Under the pieces are notes generated by a model. The model searched no databases, was not told where the DNA came from, and saw only the letters and a list, made by a program, of their open reading frames with translations. Source: Verrucomicrobiota bacterium (lineage in GTDB: Bacteria > Verrucomicrobiota > Verrucomicrobiia > Limisphaerales > SXQI01). Taken from it: a stretch of 64,000 nucleotides of DNA. Made by a program: the position numbers and the translations under genes. Shown in pieces: positions 1-8,781 of this stretch. Every line of letters begins with the position of its first letter. Position 1 is the stretch's first letter. The stretch is taken from NCBI GenBank assembly GCA_033762115.1, contig JANRLX010000027.1, positions 21,129 through 85,128 on the forward strand. Reading direction: 5' to 3'.

Positions 1-1141
1 CGACAAGGATGTCCCAGACGCTTTTGTCCCCCCACAAAGAGGTTTGCAAGTCCTGAACAATCTCAGGGGTGGCCGGGACACCAAAGGTATCAATCCGCAC
101 ACGTTTGCCTTGCAGCACTTTGGCAAACTCGAGGAAGTCACTGGTTTTACCGCCGGTGCAGGAGCCGATATAGGCTCGATCCAATGTGACGCCGGATAAT
201 TCCCGGGCCAGTTTGCGTTGGCCAGGGTCAGGATGGCAGGCGACGGTGGGTTCCAGTTTGGATAAATCCACGGTGAATTCGTAAATAAATTTTTCCTGGG
301 AATCGCGCTCAACTGGCTGGTAATCGGTTTTGGTGCCATTGAGTTTGCAGCGGTAATCGACAAATTCTTTGGTTTTGGCATCGAATTCAAAAATGCCGTT
401 CTTGCCGCCTGCTTCAATGGCCATGTTTGCGACGGTCATGCGATCATCCATTGAAAGCGAAGTCACACCGGGGCCGTCGAATTGCATGGCGCGGTAGGTG
501 GCCCCGTCAAAACCGATCTGCCCGATGATATGCAAAATGATGTCCTTGGCCATGACACCTGGCAGCAGAGCGCCTTCGAGGCGGAAATGCATCGTTTCAG
601 GCACTTTAATCAAAAGCTTGCCAGTGCCCATGACGAACCCCGCATCGGTATTGCCAATCCCGGTGGCAAATTCATTGAAAGCCCCGGCCATGCAGGTATG
701 AGAATCAGTTCCAAACAGGATTTCACCGGGACGGGTGTGTCCTTTTTGGGGAAGGGCAGTATGGCAAACCCCGGCAAAACGGGAGCCGTACTGCCGTTTC
801 AAAGCGCCTTTGGTTTTATCAAAGACCCAGGTGCCGTTCGGATCATCGATGACATCGTAGAAATAAGGAAGATCCTGTTCCTGAACAAATTCCCGCAGGA
901 TATCGACGTTGCGGTTGGATTTGGAATCTGCGGTAAAAATGTAATGGTCCGGGATGATGACCACCCGGTTACGGTCCCAGACTTTGGCATTGGCCCCAAA
1001 TTCCCGTTTAAAAACACCAATGGTCCCGGGGCCACAGACATCGTGAGTCATCAGAATGTCTGCTTTTACCCAAACATTGTCACCCGCCTGGACGTGTGAT
1101 TTGCCAGAAGCTCGGGCCAGGATTTTTTCGGTCAGCGTCAT
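1..1141 (-). CDS. leuC: 3-isopropylmalate dehydratase / homoaconitase large subunit (aconitase family, LeuC type 2); 3' end runs off the window
   Basis: Own translation of the reverse strand from CAT at 1139-1141: MTLTEKILARASGKSHVQAGDNVWVKADILMTHDVCGPGTIGVFKREF...ILFGTDSHTCMAGAFNEF...DRAYIGSCTGGKT. These are aconitase-type Fe-S ligand contexts. It is absent from the ORF track because it is open at the window edge. In-frame ATGs also occur at 1165 and 1201, so the start is uncertain by up to 60 nt. Confidence 0.85.
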   Translation of the reverse strand, partial: MTLTEKILARASGKSHVQAGDNVWVKADILMTHDVCGPGTIGVFKREFGANAKVWDRNRVVIIPDHYIFTADSKSNRNVDILREFVQEQDLPYFYDVIDDPNGTWVFDKTKGALKRQYGSRFAGVCHTALPQKGHTRPGEILFGTDSHTCMAGAFNEFATGIGNTDAGFVMGTGKLLIKVPETMHFRLEGALLPGVMAKDIILHIIGQIGFDGATYRAMQFDGPGVTSLSMDDRMTVANMAIEAGGKNGIFEFDAKTKEFVDYRCKLNGTKTDYQPVERDSQEKFIYEFTVDLSKLEPTVACHPDPGQRKLARELSGVTLDRAYIGSCTGGKTSDFLEFAKVLQGKRVRIDTFGVPATPEIVQDLQTSLWGDKSVWDILV

Positions 1142-1246
1142 ACAATAGACAGACAGTTTACTCATACGGGACGGGGCTTGCAACAGAGCATTACGCTTCA
1201 TTGTGAGAGACTTGGAGGGAGAGGGACGGTTTTGCCAAAAAGATGA

Positions 1247-1267
1247 AAATCAGGAATTTCCTGATTT
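1247..1267. repeat. 21-nt perfect palindrome (10-bp arms, 1-nt spacer) in the leuC / receiver-gene divergent intergenic region
   Basis: AAATCAGGAA-T-TTCCTGATTT read directly, about 40 nt upstream of ATG 1305. A second small hairpin GTGAGC...GCTCAC lies just to its right. Confidence 0.8.
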
Positions 1268-1304
1268 GTGAGCTTTTCCCGCGCTCACTAGATTACGGCC
1301 ACAG

Positions 1305-1757
1305 ATGATGAAAGCTGCCGGAGTGAATGGCAATCGAGTGAGTATCCTCCTGATCGAGGATAACCCAGATGACATCACCTTGACTCTGAATGTGTTCAAA
1401 AAGAACAACCTCCTCAACAAGGTTCACGTTCTCAAAGACGGCGTTGAGGCGCTCGATTTTCTTTTTTCCACCGGCGTTTATGCTGACAAGCCACAAAACG
1501 GGCCTGAATTGATCCTGCTGGACCTGAATCTCCCTAAAATGCACGGGCTTGATGTGTTAAAAAAAATCAAGTCAGACGAGCGTACGAAAAATCTTCCTGT
1601 GGTGATTTTGACTGCCTCGCAGGAGGAGCGCGGGGTGATGCAAAGTTACAAGCTGGGAGCGCAAGGGTGCATTGTGAAGCCATTTGAGTTCCAAAAATTT
1701 TTGGAAGCTGTCACCGAACTGCGGCTCGCATGGGTGCTGATTGCGCCATCGGAATAA
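1305..1757 (+). CDS. single-domain response regulator (CheY-like receiver, no output domain)
   Basis: 150-aa ORF with receiver signature: VSILLIEDNPDD, LILLDLNLPKMHG (phospho-acceptor Asp), VVILTAS, KP. Confidence 0.85.
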   Translation: MMKAAGVNGNRVSILLIEDNPDDITLTLNVFKKNNLLNKVHVLKDGVEALDFLFSTGVYADKPQNGPELILLDLNLPKMHGLDVLKKIKSDERTKNLPVVILTASQEERGVMQSYKLGAQGCIVKPFEFQKFLEAVTELRLAWVLIAPSE

Positions 1758-1812
1758 GCCGATTTCCTCTTGCGTTGCCCCAACTGCAATCCCATGCTGC
1801 AAGCTAAGATCA

Positions 1813-2694
1813 ATGGCAGCAGTAAATTGCAATCTTTGTGGGGCGAATGATTTTTCAGTCGTTTTTGAAAAGGGTGTTGCCCAGATACACCGGATTGTCC
1901 GATGCAACCGATGTTCCCTGATGTATGCAAATCCTCAGGAAATAGTGGATTGCGTCGAGTTGGAGGCCGAACAGATTGTTCCAGACCCAAATGATTTCTC
2001 TGTTCAGCAATATCGCGAGAAACAGAAAATCCAGCTCGCCGATAATATCAAGGCGTTGGAGGTTTTAAATGGATTTGCGCCTCAGAGAGGCAAACTGCTC
2101 GAAGTGGGTAGTTTCATGGGATATTTTCTCCGTCTTATTCGCGAGAGCGGCTGGGATGTTACCGGGGTGGAGCTTGTCCATTGGGCAGCTGAATTTGCGC
2201 GGCAGGAATTTCAGTTAACCATTCATGAAAAGCTGTTAAGTGAGCTGGCTTTTCCGGAGGGCTATTTTGATGCGGTGATGATGCTTCATGTGATTGAGCA
2301 CATGCCGGACCCGTTGCGGGAATTGAGGGAGTTACGACGAATCACCCGAACAGGAGGGCATCTTGTGGTGGAAACTCCACGATTTGATTCGTTGATGTTT
2401 AAAATATTGGGCAGACGTGAGCGGAATCTTTCCACGAGCAACGGACACATTTTTTTCTTTGAAGTTCCCACCCTGACCAAACTTCTGGAAAAAGCAGGAT
2501 ATGAAGTTTTACGGGTCGATCTGGTGGGGCGAACGATGTCTTTAGACCGATTTATCGGCAATCTTGGACTTATTTTACGATATTACCCACTGCGAAAATT
2601 GATGAGTCGCATCAGCCAGGCGAGTTTTTTCACGAACCGCCGTGTGCATATTAATGTCCGGGATATGCAGCGGTTTTACTGCCGGGCAAAATAA
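1813..2694 (+). CDS. class I SAM-dependent methyltransferase with N-terminal zinc-ribbon
   Basis: ORF 1741..2694, with the start moved to ATG 1813 (MAAVNCNLCG). The N-terminus has CNLCG...CNRCS (CxxC-N-CxxC). SAM motif I is LLEVGSFMGYF, and HVIEHMPDP is typical of Methyltransf_11/23-like enzymes. Confidence 0.75.
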   Translation: MAAVNCNLCGANDFSVVFEKGVAQIHRIVRCNRCSLMYANPQEIVDCVELEAEQIVPDPNDFSVQQYREKQKIQLADNIKALEVLNGFAPQRGKLLEVGSFMGYFLRLIRESGWDVTGVELVHWAAEFARQEFQLTIHEKLLSELAFPEGYFDAVMMLHVIEHMPDPLRELRELRRITRTGGHLVVETPRFDSLMFKILGRRERNLSTSNGHIFFFEVPTLTKLLEKAGYEVLRVDLVGRTMSLDRFIGNLGLILRYYPLRKLMSRISQASFFTNRRVHINVRDMQRFYCRAK

Positions 2695-2951
2695 TTTTAA
2701 GAAAGCGGGACCAGGACAGCGTATGTCCTAGTGGTTGTTGCAGGATGATGGCGTATGAAAAACAACGTCATTATTGAGCAAATGGAACTTCGATTTTGCG
2801 GACAACGGATACAAAGGAAATCGGGAAAGGTGCAAAGAGCCAAGTGGTGGTTCACGAGAATGCGCAGTGCGGTGGATCGGGCGTTTAGTTGTTCCCACCC
2901 TGTTCCCCCGGAGCAAAAATATTTCGATTTGGCCAACTAACTGAAACCTGG

Positions 2952-3230
2952 TCAGCAATGGCAGGCATTTTCCACTTTCCATTTCTGCCATGCCCGCAGA
3001 TTCAAGCAGATAAAAACAATATTTGCCGCGATGCTGGCGTAGCTTTGGCTTAGAAAACCAAAGGCAATCCATGACGCATTGCCGATCAATCCAACCAGGA
3101 ATCCAAGTTTTCTACCCTGGCCAAGCAGGTGAGTTGAAACGAATCCCATGATGAACCCGAGCCAATCGGTGCCCTGATATTTGAACAACTCCTCCATGCC
3201 CAAAGCAGAATGTTCCCAAACAAAATGCAC
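2952..3230 (-). CDS. small 3-TM membrane protein resembling a single repeat of the PnuC (nicotinamide riboside/NMN transporter) family
   Basis: 92-aa ORF. The segment DWLGFIMGFVSTHLLGQGRKLGFLVGLIGNASWIAFGFLSQSYASIAANIVFICLNLRAWQKW follows the PnuC repeat pattern as I recall it from E. coli PnuC (...GLINVTLFGIIFFQIQLYASLLLQVFFFAANIYGWYAW). The start may instead be the internal Met at 3197. Confidence 0.45.
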   Translation of the reverse strand: MHFVWEHSALGMEELFKYQGTDWLGFIMGFVSTHLLGQGRKLGFLVGLIGNASWIAFGFLSQSYASIAANIVFICLNLRAWQKWKVENACHC

Positions 3231-3281
3231 TCTGACTCATGCGCACAGAAGGCAGCTCCGTGGCTCGGGTCACTAACTTGT

Positions 3282-3530
3282 TTATCGACGTCCCAGCATG
3301 ATCCCCAGGCAAGCACCCAAAGCAGCGGCGATGGCAATGCTTGACCATGTGTGATTATGGACGCAGTCATCCACGGAACGTGAAACATTCCTGGCAGAAT
3401 CCCCGATATTTGCCTTCCAATCAGCCCAACGCGCACGGCCATTCTCAAATCCGGCTTCCACCTGGGCGGAAAGTGATTCGAGTTGTTCGTCAAGTTGGTT
3501 GTTTAGTGGCGTACCCTGTGTGTTTTCCAT
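3282..3530 (-). CDS. DUF883 family (ElaB/YqjD-like) tail-anchored membrane protein
   Basis: 82 aa. A hydrophilic helical N-terminus is followed by a C-terminal anchor, WSSIAIAAALGACLGIMLGRR, which is typical of ElaB/YqjD/YgaM. Confidence 0.7.
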   Translation of the reverse strand: MENTQGTPLNNQLDEQLESLSAQVEAGFENGRARWADWKANIGDSARNVSRSVDDCVHNHTWSSIAIAAALGACLGIMLGRR

Positions 3531-3650
3531 ATATCCTCCTATGAATCAGAGTACGCGTGGGAAAGGCTATTTCAACGGAGCAGGTGCCTTAAAAGCTAAT
3601 AGGGGAATTACACGGTATAAGCCAAACAGAAGCGGAAAAAGATGCTTCGC

Positions 3651-4457
3651 TTAAGCTTCGGCAAGGGGTTCGTCCAGATGGCGTCTTTTCGAGACATCAA
3701 CACAAACGCCTCTTTTGCTGGAGTTAATAAAATCAAGCAGATGTGCTCCATATTTTCCGGGGTCATTAAACTTCAGAGTTTCACAAGCTTTTCGAGGGCT
3801 GACTCCGCGACGAAACAAGGCTTGATACAAGCGGCGCAGTTCCAGCCGTTCCGCGGAGCTGAGTCCGGCCCGTCGTAATCCGATTGAATTGAGTCCGCAA
3901 ATACTATTGTCCCCGCGTGCGATGGTAAAAGGGGGTAAATCCTTGCTGATGGCCGCTCCACCCTGCATCAAGGCCAGGGTTCCAATCCGAACAAATTGAT
4001 GGACGAGGCAATTGCCGGAAATGAAAACGCGATCTTCAACAGTGACATGGCCTGCGAGCAAGACGCCATTGGCGATGATCACATGGTTACCGACACGGGT
4101 GTTATGTCCCACATGAGCGTTGGCCATGAGCAGATTGTTTGAGCCAACCTCAGTATGCTCGGCAAGCTGGTTGGACCGTTGCACGGTGACATGCTCCCGG
4201 AAAATGTTTTCATTGCCGATAATCAGTCGGGTGTTTGCGCCCGAATATTTCAAATCCTGCGGTTCATCTCCAATCACGCAGCCTGCGTGGAAGCGATTAT
4301 TTTTGCCGATGGTTGTATGTCCGGTCAGATAAACATGAGGTCCTACACGGCAACCAGTGTCCATTGAGACGTGTGCATCAATGACAACATAAGGTCCGAT
4401 CTGGCAATCGGTGGAGATGGTTGCCTGTGGGTGGATGATTGCGGTCGGATGGATCAT
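3651..4457 (-). CDS. lpxA: acyl-ACP--UDP-N-acetylglucosamine O-acyltransferase
   Basis: 268 aa. Left-handed beta-helix hexapeptide repeats run from the N-terminus (MIHPTAIIHPQATIS..IGPYVVID..VGPHVYL) and are followed by a C-terminal helical domain. Length and layout are typical of LpxA. Confidence 0.85.
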   Translation of the reverse strand: MIHPTAIIHPQATISTDCQIGPYVVIDAHVSMDTGCRVGPHVYLTGHTTIGKNNRFHAGCVIGDEPQDLKYSGANTRLIIGNENIFREHVTVQRSNQLAEHTEVGSNNLLMANAHVGHNTRVGNHVIIANGVLLAGHVTVEDRVFISGNCLVHQFVRIGTLALMQGGAAISKDLPPFTIARGDNSICGLNSIGLRRAGLSSAERLELRRLYQALFRRGVSPRKACETLKFNDPGKYGAHLLDFINSSKRGVCVDVSKRRHLDEPLAEA

Positions 4458-5173
4458 TAAGTGTGGAAGTAACCCAGTTCCCGGAGAGAGACATAGTCCC
4501 TGGAGCGTTTTTCGGTTTTTTTTCCGAGGATGACATGGTCCTGCACTTCAATCCTCAACAATTGACCGGCGCGGATGAGGTCTCGGGTGACTTTGATATC
4601 AGCTTCGGATGGGGTGGGGTCGCCACTGGGATGGTTATGAACAAGGACGATTGCGGAAGCGTTGCCACTGATCGCGGCTTTGAATACTTCACGCGGGTGG
4701 ACGAGCAATGAGTCCAGCGTGCCCTGACTAATTCGTTCCACACGGATTAACCGGCCTCTGGTGTTCAGGAGCAGCGCCTGCAGATATTCCACTTCGTAGT
4801 GGCGATTTTCCTCCCGTAACAGATCAGCAACTGAATCAGGCGTGTTGACGAGTGGAGTTTCAAGGCGGATTTCCCCTGCCATTCGCTGAGCGAGGGTGAA
4901 GGCGCTTTTGAGGGCAATGGCCTTGTCCCTGCCGATCCCGTTCGTTTTTCGCAGATCCTCCACTGAAGCATGAGCCAGGGCGTTGAGGGTCGAAAATCTT
5001 TTTAAAAGCTGTTCTGCCACATGGACCGCGGAATAACCCTGCACCCCTGTGCGAAGTAAAATGGCGATCAAGTCAGCGTTTCGGAGGGCTTCTGCTCCGT
5101 GGGACAACATGCGTTCCCTGGGACGTTCATGGTCCGGGAGGTCCTTGATGAGCATGTGCCCGCTTTCGTTCAC
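4457..5173 (-). CDS. radC: RadC-family JAMM domain protein
   Basis: JAMM motif HNHPSGDPTPSEADIKVT. The N-terminus is IKDLPDHERPRERM...DLIAILLRTGVQG. The stop overlaps the lpxA start by 1 nt (TAATG on the minus strand). The start could be the Met at 5155. Confidence 0.85.
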   Translation of the reverse strand: MNESGHMLIKDLPDHERPRERMLSHGAEALRNADLIAILLRTGVQGYSAVHVAEQLLKRFSTLNALAHASVEDLRKTNGIGRDKAIALKSAFTLAQRMAGEIRLETPLVNTPDSVADLLREENRHYEVEYLQALLLNTRGRLIRVERISQGTLDSLLVHPREVFKAAISGNASAIVLVHNHPSGDPTPSEADIKVTRDLIRAGQLLRIEVQDHVILGKKTEKRSRDYVSLRELGYFHT

Positions 5174-5272
5174 AAAGCCAGTTTGAAAACCGGAGGGGGA
5201 AAAATCAATCCATGAATGGAAGGTTGTTCACCTCATCTTGTCATTGGGTAACCCTTGCTTTACTTTGCGGCC

Positions 5273-6613
5273 ATGTTCGATTCGCTGTCAGGAAAGCTCC
5301 AAAAGGTTTTCAAGGATCTTCGCGGGCTTGGGAAAATTTCCGAGGAAAACATTGCCACAGCCCTGCGCGATGTTCGCATGGCGTTGCTGGACGCGGATGT
5401 GAATTTCAAGGTGGCCCGTGATTTTATTGACCGGGTGAAGGAAAAGTCGATCGGACAGGAAGTGATCCAATCGATTCATCCCGGGCAGCAAATCATCAAA
5501 GTCATCAATGATGAATTGGTGGCTTTGCTTGGCTCGGAGAACAGTGCATTGGATCTTGGCGGCAATCCTACAGTGATCATGATGGTGGGCCTGCATGGAT
5601 CAGGCAAAACGACTTCGAGTGGAAAACTTGGCCGGTTGATGCAGAAGCAGGGACGGAAACCGTTGTTGGTGGGTTGCGATGTTTATCGACCGGCGGCAAT
5701 GGATCAGCTGGCAACACTGGGAAAACAGCTGGAGATCCCATCCTTCATCAAAAAGGGGGAAACGGACGTCCTGAAGATTGCCGAGGAAGGAATTGCCAGT
5801 GCGCGGGCCAATCAACAAAACGTGGTGATTCTCGATACGGCAGGGCGATTGCAGATCGATGAACCGCTTGTGCAGGAATTGGTGCGCTTGCGTGACATGG
5901 TCAAGCCGCAGGAAATACTACTGGTGCTGGATGCGGCTGTTGGGCAGGAAGCGGTCAATGTCGCAACGCATTTTGACAAGGCGTTAAATATCACTGGTTC
6001 GATCCTGACCAAGCTGGATGGCGATGCCCGTGGCGGTGCCGCCCTGAGCATGAAAGCGGTCACCGGAAAACCGATCAAATTTGCGGGGACGGGGGAGAAG
6101 CCGGAAAATTTTGAACCATTTCATCCTGAACGAATGGCTTCGCGAATCCTGGGGATGGGGGATGTGGTCAGCCTTGTGGAACGGGCCGCGGAAGCAGTTG
6201 ACCTGGACGAAGCCAGGCGCATGGAGGAAAAAATGCGCAAGGGACAGTTCACCCTGGAAGACTTTCTTGATCAACTGCGCGCCATGAAAAAACTGGGTTC
6301 ATTGGAAAGCATTGTCAGCATGCTGCCCGGTGGCAATGACATGATGAAGCAGGCTGATTTGAGCAAAAGCGAAAAAGAGTTCAAGCGGATGGAAGGCATG
6401 ATTTGCGCGATGACCCCACAGGAGCGGCGTCATCCGCAGATTTTGAATGCGCGTCGCCGTCAGCGAATTGCAAAAGGGAGTGGAGTGGCAGTTTCTGAAC
6501 TCAATACGTTGCTGAACAAATTTTCCCAAATGCAGCAGATGATGAAGAAAATGGGCAAGTTCCAAAAAATGATGACAAAGATGGGTCGGCTTCCGCCCGG
6601 GTTTCGCGGGTGA
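5273..6613 (+). CDS. ffh: signal recognition particle protein Ffh
   Basis: GTPase motifs GLHGSGKTT, DTAGR and TKLDGD, with a Met-rich M domain (FSQMQQMMKKMGKFQKMM). The start was moved from TTG 5255 to ATG 5273 to give the canonical MFDSLSGKLQ N-terminus. Confidence 0.95.
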   Translation: MFDSLSGKLQKVFKDLRGLGKISEENIATALRDVRMALLDADVNFKVARDFIDRVKEKSIGQEVIQSIHPGQQIIKVINDELVALLGSENSALDLGGNPTVIMMVGLHGSGKTTSSGKLGRLMQKQGRKPLLVGCDVYRPAAMDQLATLGKQLEIPSFIKKGETDVLKIAEEGIASARANQQNVVILDTAGRLQIDEPLVQELVRLRDMVKPQEILLVLDAAVGQEAVNVATHFDKALNITGSILTKLDGDARGGAALSMKAVTGKPIKFAGTGEKPENFEPFHPERMASRILGMGDVVSLVERAAEAVDLDEARRMEEKMRKGQFTLEDFLDQLRAMKKLGSLESIVSMLPGGNDMMKQADLSKSEKEFKRMEGMICAMTPQERRHPQILNARRRQRIAKGSGVAVSELNTLLNKFSQMQQMMKKMGKFQKMMTKMGRLPPGFRG

Positions 6614-6681
6614 TTTCGTCCTCTTTTCAAATGACTGCTTTCATGGGATGGTTTCATTTCAAATCAACACAGGAGATACGC

Positions 6682-8781
6682 ATGAAAAAACAGGTGCGGA
6701 AAATGGGCGCTATGATCATGGCCGGGTGTGTTTTATTAAATTCATCCATGCAGGCTGACGAGGGAATGTGGCTTTTTACTGACCCTCCAAAGGCTTACCT
6801 GAAAGAAAAGTATGGTTTTGAGCCAACTGACGCATGGTTGGAGCATGTTCAGAAATCTTCTGTTCGTTTTAACAGCGGCGGTTCCGGCTCCTTTGTCTCC
6901 GAGGATGGCCTGGTAATGTCCAATCACCATGTGGGAGCGGACGCTCTGCAAAAATTGAGCACTCCAGAACGCAACCTGCTGAAGGAAGGGTTCCATGCCA
7001 AAACCCATGCTGAGGAGAAGCAGTGCCATGATCTTGAATTGAATGTGCTCATGAGCATCGAGGATGTCACCGAGCGAGTTACCCGTGCGGTGACTCCGGA
7101 GATGGATGCTGACAAAGCGTTTGCTGCCCGAAGGGCAATCATGGCTGAGATCGAAAAGGAATCGCTGGAAAAAACCGGTTTTCGCAGCGATGTCGTCACC
7201 CTGTTTCAGGGTGGGAAATATCATCTTTACCGTTTCAAAAAATATACGGATGTGCGGCTTGTTTTCGCCCCCGAGCAACAGATCGCATTTTTCGGAGGTG
7301 ACCCGGACAATTTTGAGTATCCACGCTATGACCTGGATGTGGCTTTTTTTCGGGCCTATGAAAATGGGAAACCGGTCAAGGTGGAGCATTACCTGAAATG
7401 GAGCAAGGCTGGCGCCGCGGAAAATGAGTTGGTGTTCGTTTCAGGTCATCCGGGCGGGACAAGTCGTTCGCTGATTGTCGAGGAGCTCGAGTATAAAAGG
7501 GATGTCCAGTTTCCCAGCTTATTGCAATGGCTCAACCGTCTCGAAGTGATGTTAAATGTTTACAGTGATCGTAGTTCCGAGAATGCGCGGCGGGCCAAGG
7601 ATTATTTGTTTGGAGTGCAGAACAGCCGCAAAGCACGGGAAGGGGGATATGCCGGGTTGCTTGATCCGAAGCTGATCGCCCAGAAACGCACTGAGCAGCA
7701 GCAATTAATGGCGGCGGCGGAAGCCAGGCCTGACCTGAAACCAGCGGTGGAGGCTTTCGGAAAAATTGCTTCCGCGCAAAAGATCATTGCCGAGAATTCC
7801 GCGAAGTTCAACCTGCTGGAAGGTGGGCGAGGGTTTAATAGTGAATATTTCGACATTGCACGCACCATCGTTCGAGCTGCCGCAGAACGGAGCAAACCCA
7901 ACGGTGAACGACTGCGGGAATATCGGGATTCGGCCCGGGAATCGCTGGAATTCGAGCTTTTTTCGGAACGCCCGATTTTCGATGACCTTGAGCAGCTGAA
8001 GCTTGAAAATTCACTTGCGTGGCTGGCACAGCAGCTCGGTTATCAGCATGAATTTGTGAAGAAAGTTCTGCAGGGAAAATCTCCACGCGAACGTGCTGCC
8101 GAACTGACATCGAATACCAGGATGGAAGATGTTGCGGTTCGGAAGGAGCTTTACAAAGCGGAGCCGGCGCAACTTGCGGAGTCAAAAGATCCGATGATCC
8201 AGCTTGCCTTGCTGATCGATGATGAGTCGCGCGCGGTGCGGAAGATCATCGAAGCGCAGGACGAACTGAAACGCCAGGCTTACGGGGAGATCGCCAAGGC
8301 AAAATTCGCCATCAAGGGAACTGGCACCTATCCCGACGCGACTTTTACCCTTCGGCTCGCCTTTGGAGAGGTGAAAGGTTATATGGAGAATGGTAAAAAA
8401 CTGCCTCATCAGACCACTTACGATGGGCTTTACAAACGGTCGGCGGACCATGAAGGGCGACCACCGTTTGACCTGCCGCCACGCTGGGTGGAAAAGAAAT
8501 CAGCGCTGGACCTGAGCACCCTGTTTAACTTTGTCTGCACTGCTGATATTATCGGGGGAAATTCAGGCAGTCCTGTGATCAATAAAAATGCTGAGGTCGT
8601 CGGGTTGATCTTCGATGGAAATATCTATTCGCTCGTCCTTGATTTTGTTTACACAGACGAAATGGCACGAGCGATTTCGGTCCATTCACATGGAATTGTG
8701 GAGGCTTTGCGGAAGGTGTATCAGGCCAATGAACTCGCCGATGAGCTTGGCGGAGGGAAAAGCAAACGGACCGGATCATGA
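6682..8781 (+). CDS. secreted S46-family serine peptidase (DPP7/DPP11-like dipeptidyl-peptidase)
   Basis: AGGAG lies 7 nt upstream of ATG 6682, and a signal peptide is present. ADEGMW follows the signal immediately, which is the S46 hallmark. The catalytic triad context is SNHHVG...IIGGNSGSPVIN. Length is about 700 aa. Confidence 0.85.
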   Translation: MKKQVRKMGAMIMAGCVLLNSSMQADEGMWLFTDPPKAYLKEKYGFEPTDAWLEHVQKSSVRFNSGGSGSFVSEDGLVMSNHHVGADALQKLSTPERNLLKEGFHAKTHAEEKQCHDLELNVLMSIEDVTERVTRAVTPEMDADKAFAARRAIMAEIEKESLEKTGFRSDVVTLFQGGKYHLYRFKKYTDVRLVFAPEQQIAFFGGDPDNFEYPRYDLDVAFFRAYENGKPVKVEHYLKWSKAGAAENELVFVSGHPGGTSRSLIVEELEYKRDVQFPSLLQWLNRLEVMLNVYSDRSSENARRAKDYLFGVQNSRKAREGGYAGLLDPKLIAQKRTEQQQLMAAAEARPDLKPAVEAFGKIASAQKIIAENSAKFNLLEGGRGFNSEYFDIARTIVRAAAERSKPNGERLREYRDSARESLEFELFSERPIFDDLEQLKLENSLAWLAQQLGYQHEFVKKVLQGKSPRERAAELTSNTRMEDVAVRKELYKAEPAQLAESKDPMIQLALLIDDESRAVRKIIEAQDELKRQAYGEIAKAKFAIKGTGTYPDATFTLRLAFGEVKGYMENGKKLPHQTTYDGLYKRSADHEGRPPFDLPPRWVEKKSALDLSTLFNFVCTADIIGGNSGSPVINKNAEVVGLIFDGNIYSLVLDFVYTDEMARAISVHSHGIVEALRKVYQANELADELGGGKSKRTGS

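Noticed and set aside
482-1099. 205-aa plus-strand ORF (and 498..701, 799..1041) at the left edge
   Set aside because: It lies antisense or out of frame to a very clear LeuC reading frame on the minus strand. The translated sequence has no recognisable family features. I treat it as a shadow ORF.
2755-2940. 61-aa basic ORF (MKNNVIIEQMELRFCGQRIQRKSGKVQRAKWWFTRMRSAVDRAF...) between the methyltransferase and the PnuC-like gene
   Set aside because: It has a weak AGGA upstream and the RAKWWFTRMR segment looks vaguely familiar. I cannot tie it to any family, and it is barely above the ORF length cut-off. Support is insufficient to annotate it.
4457-5173. radC as a marker of a mobile element or defence island
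   Set aside because: RadC-like JAMM genes often ride on mobile elements. Here the gene overlaps lpxA and is flanked by ffh. There is no integrase, transposase, repeat boundary or obvious compositional shift, so I treat it as a chromosomal housekeeping copy.
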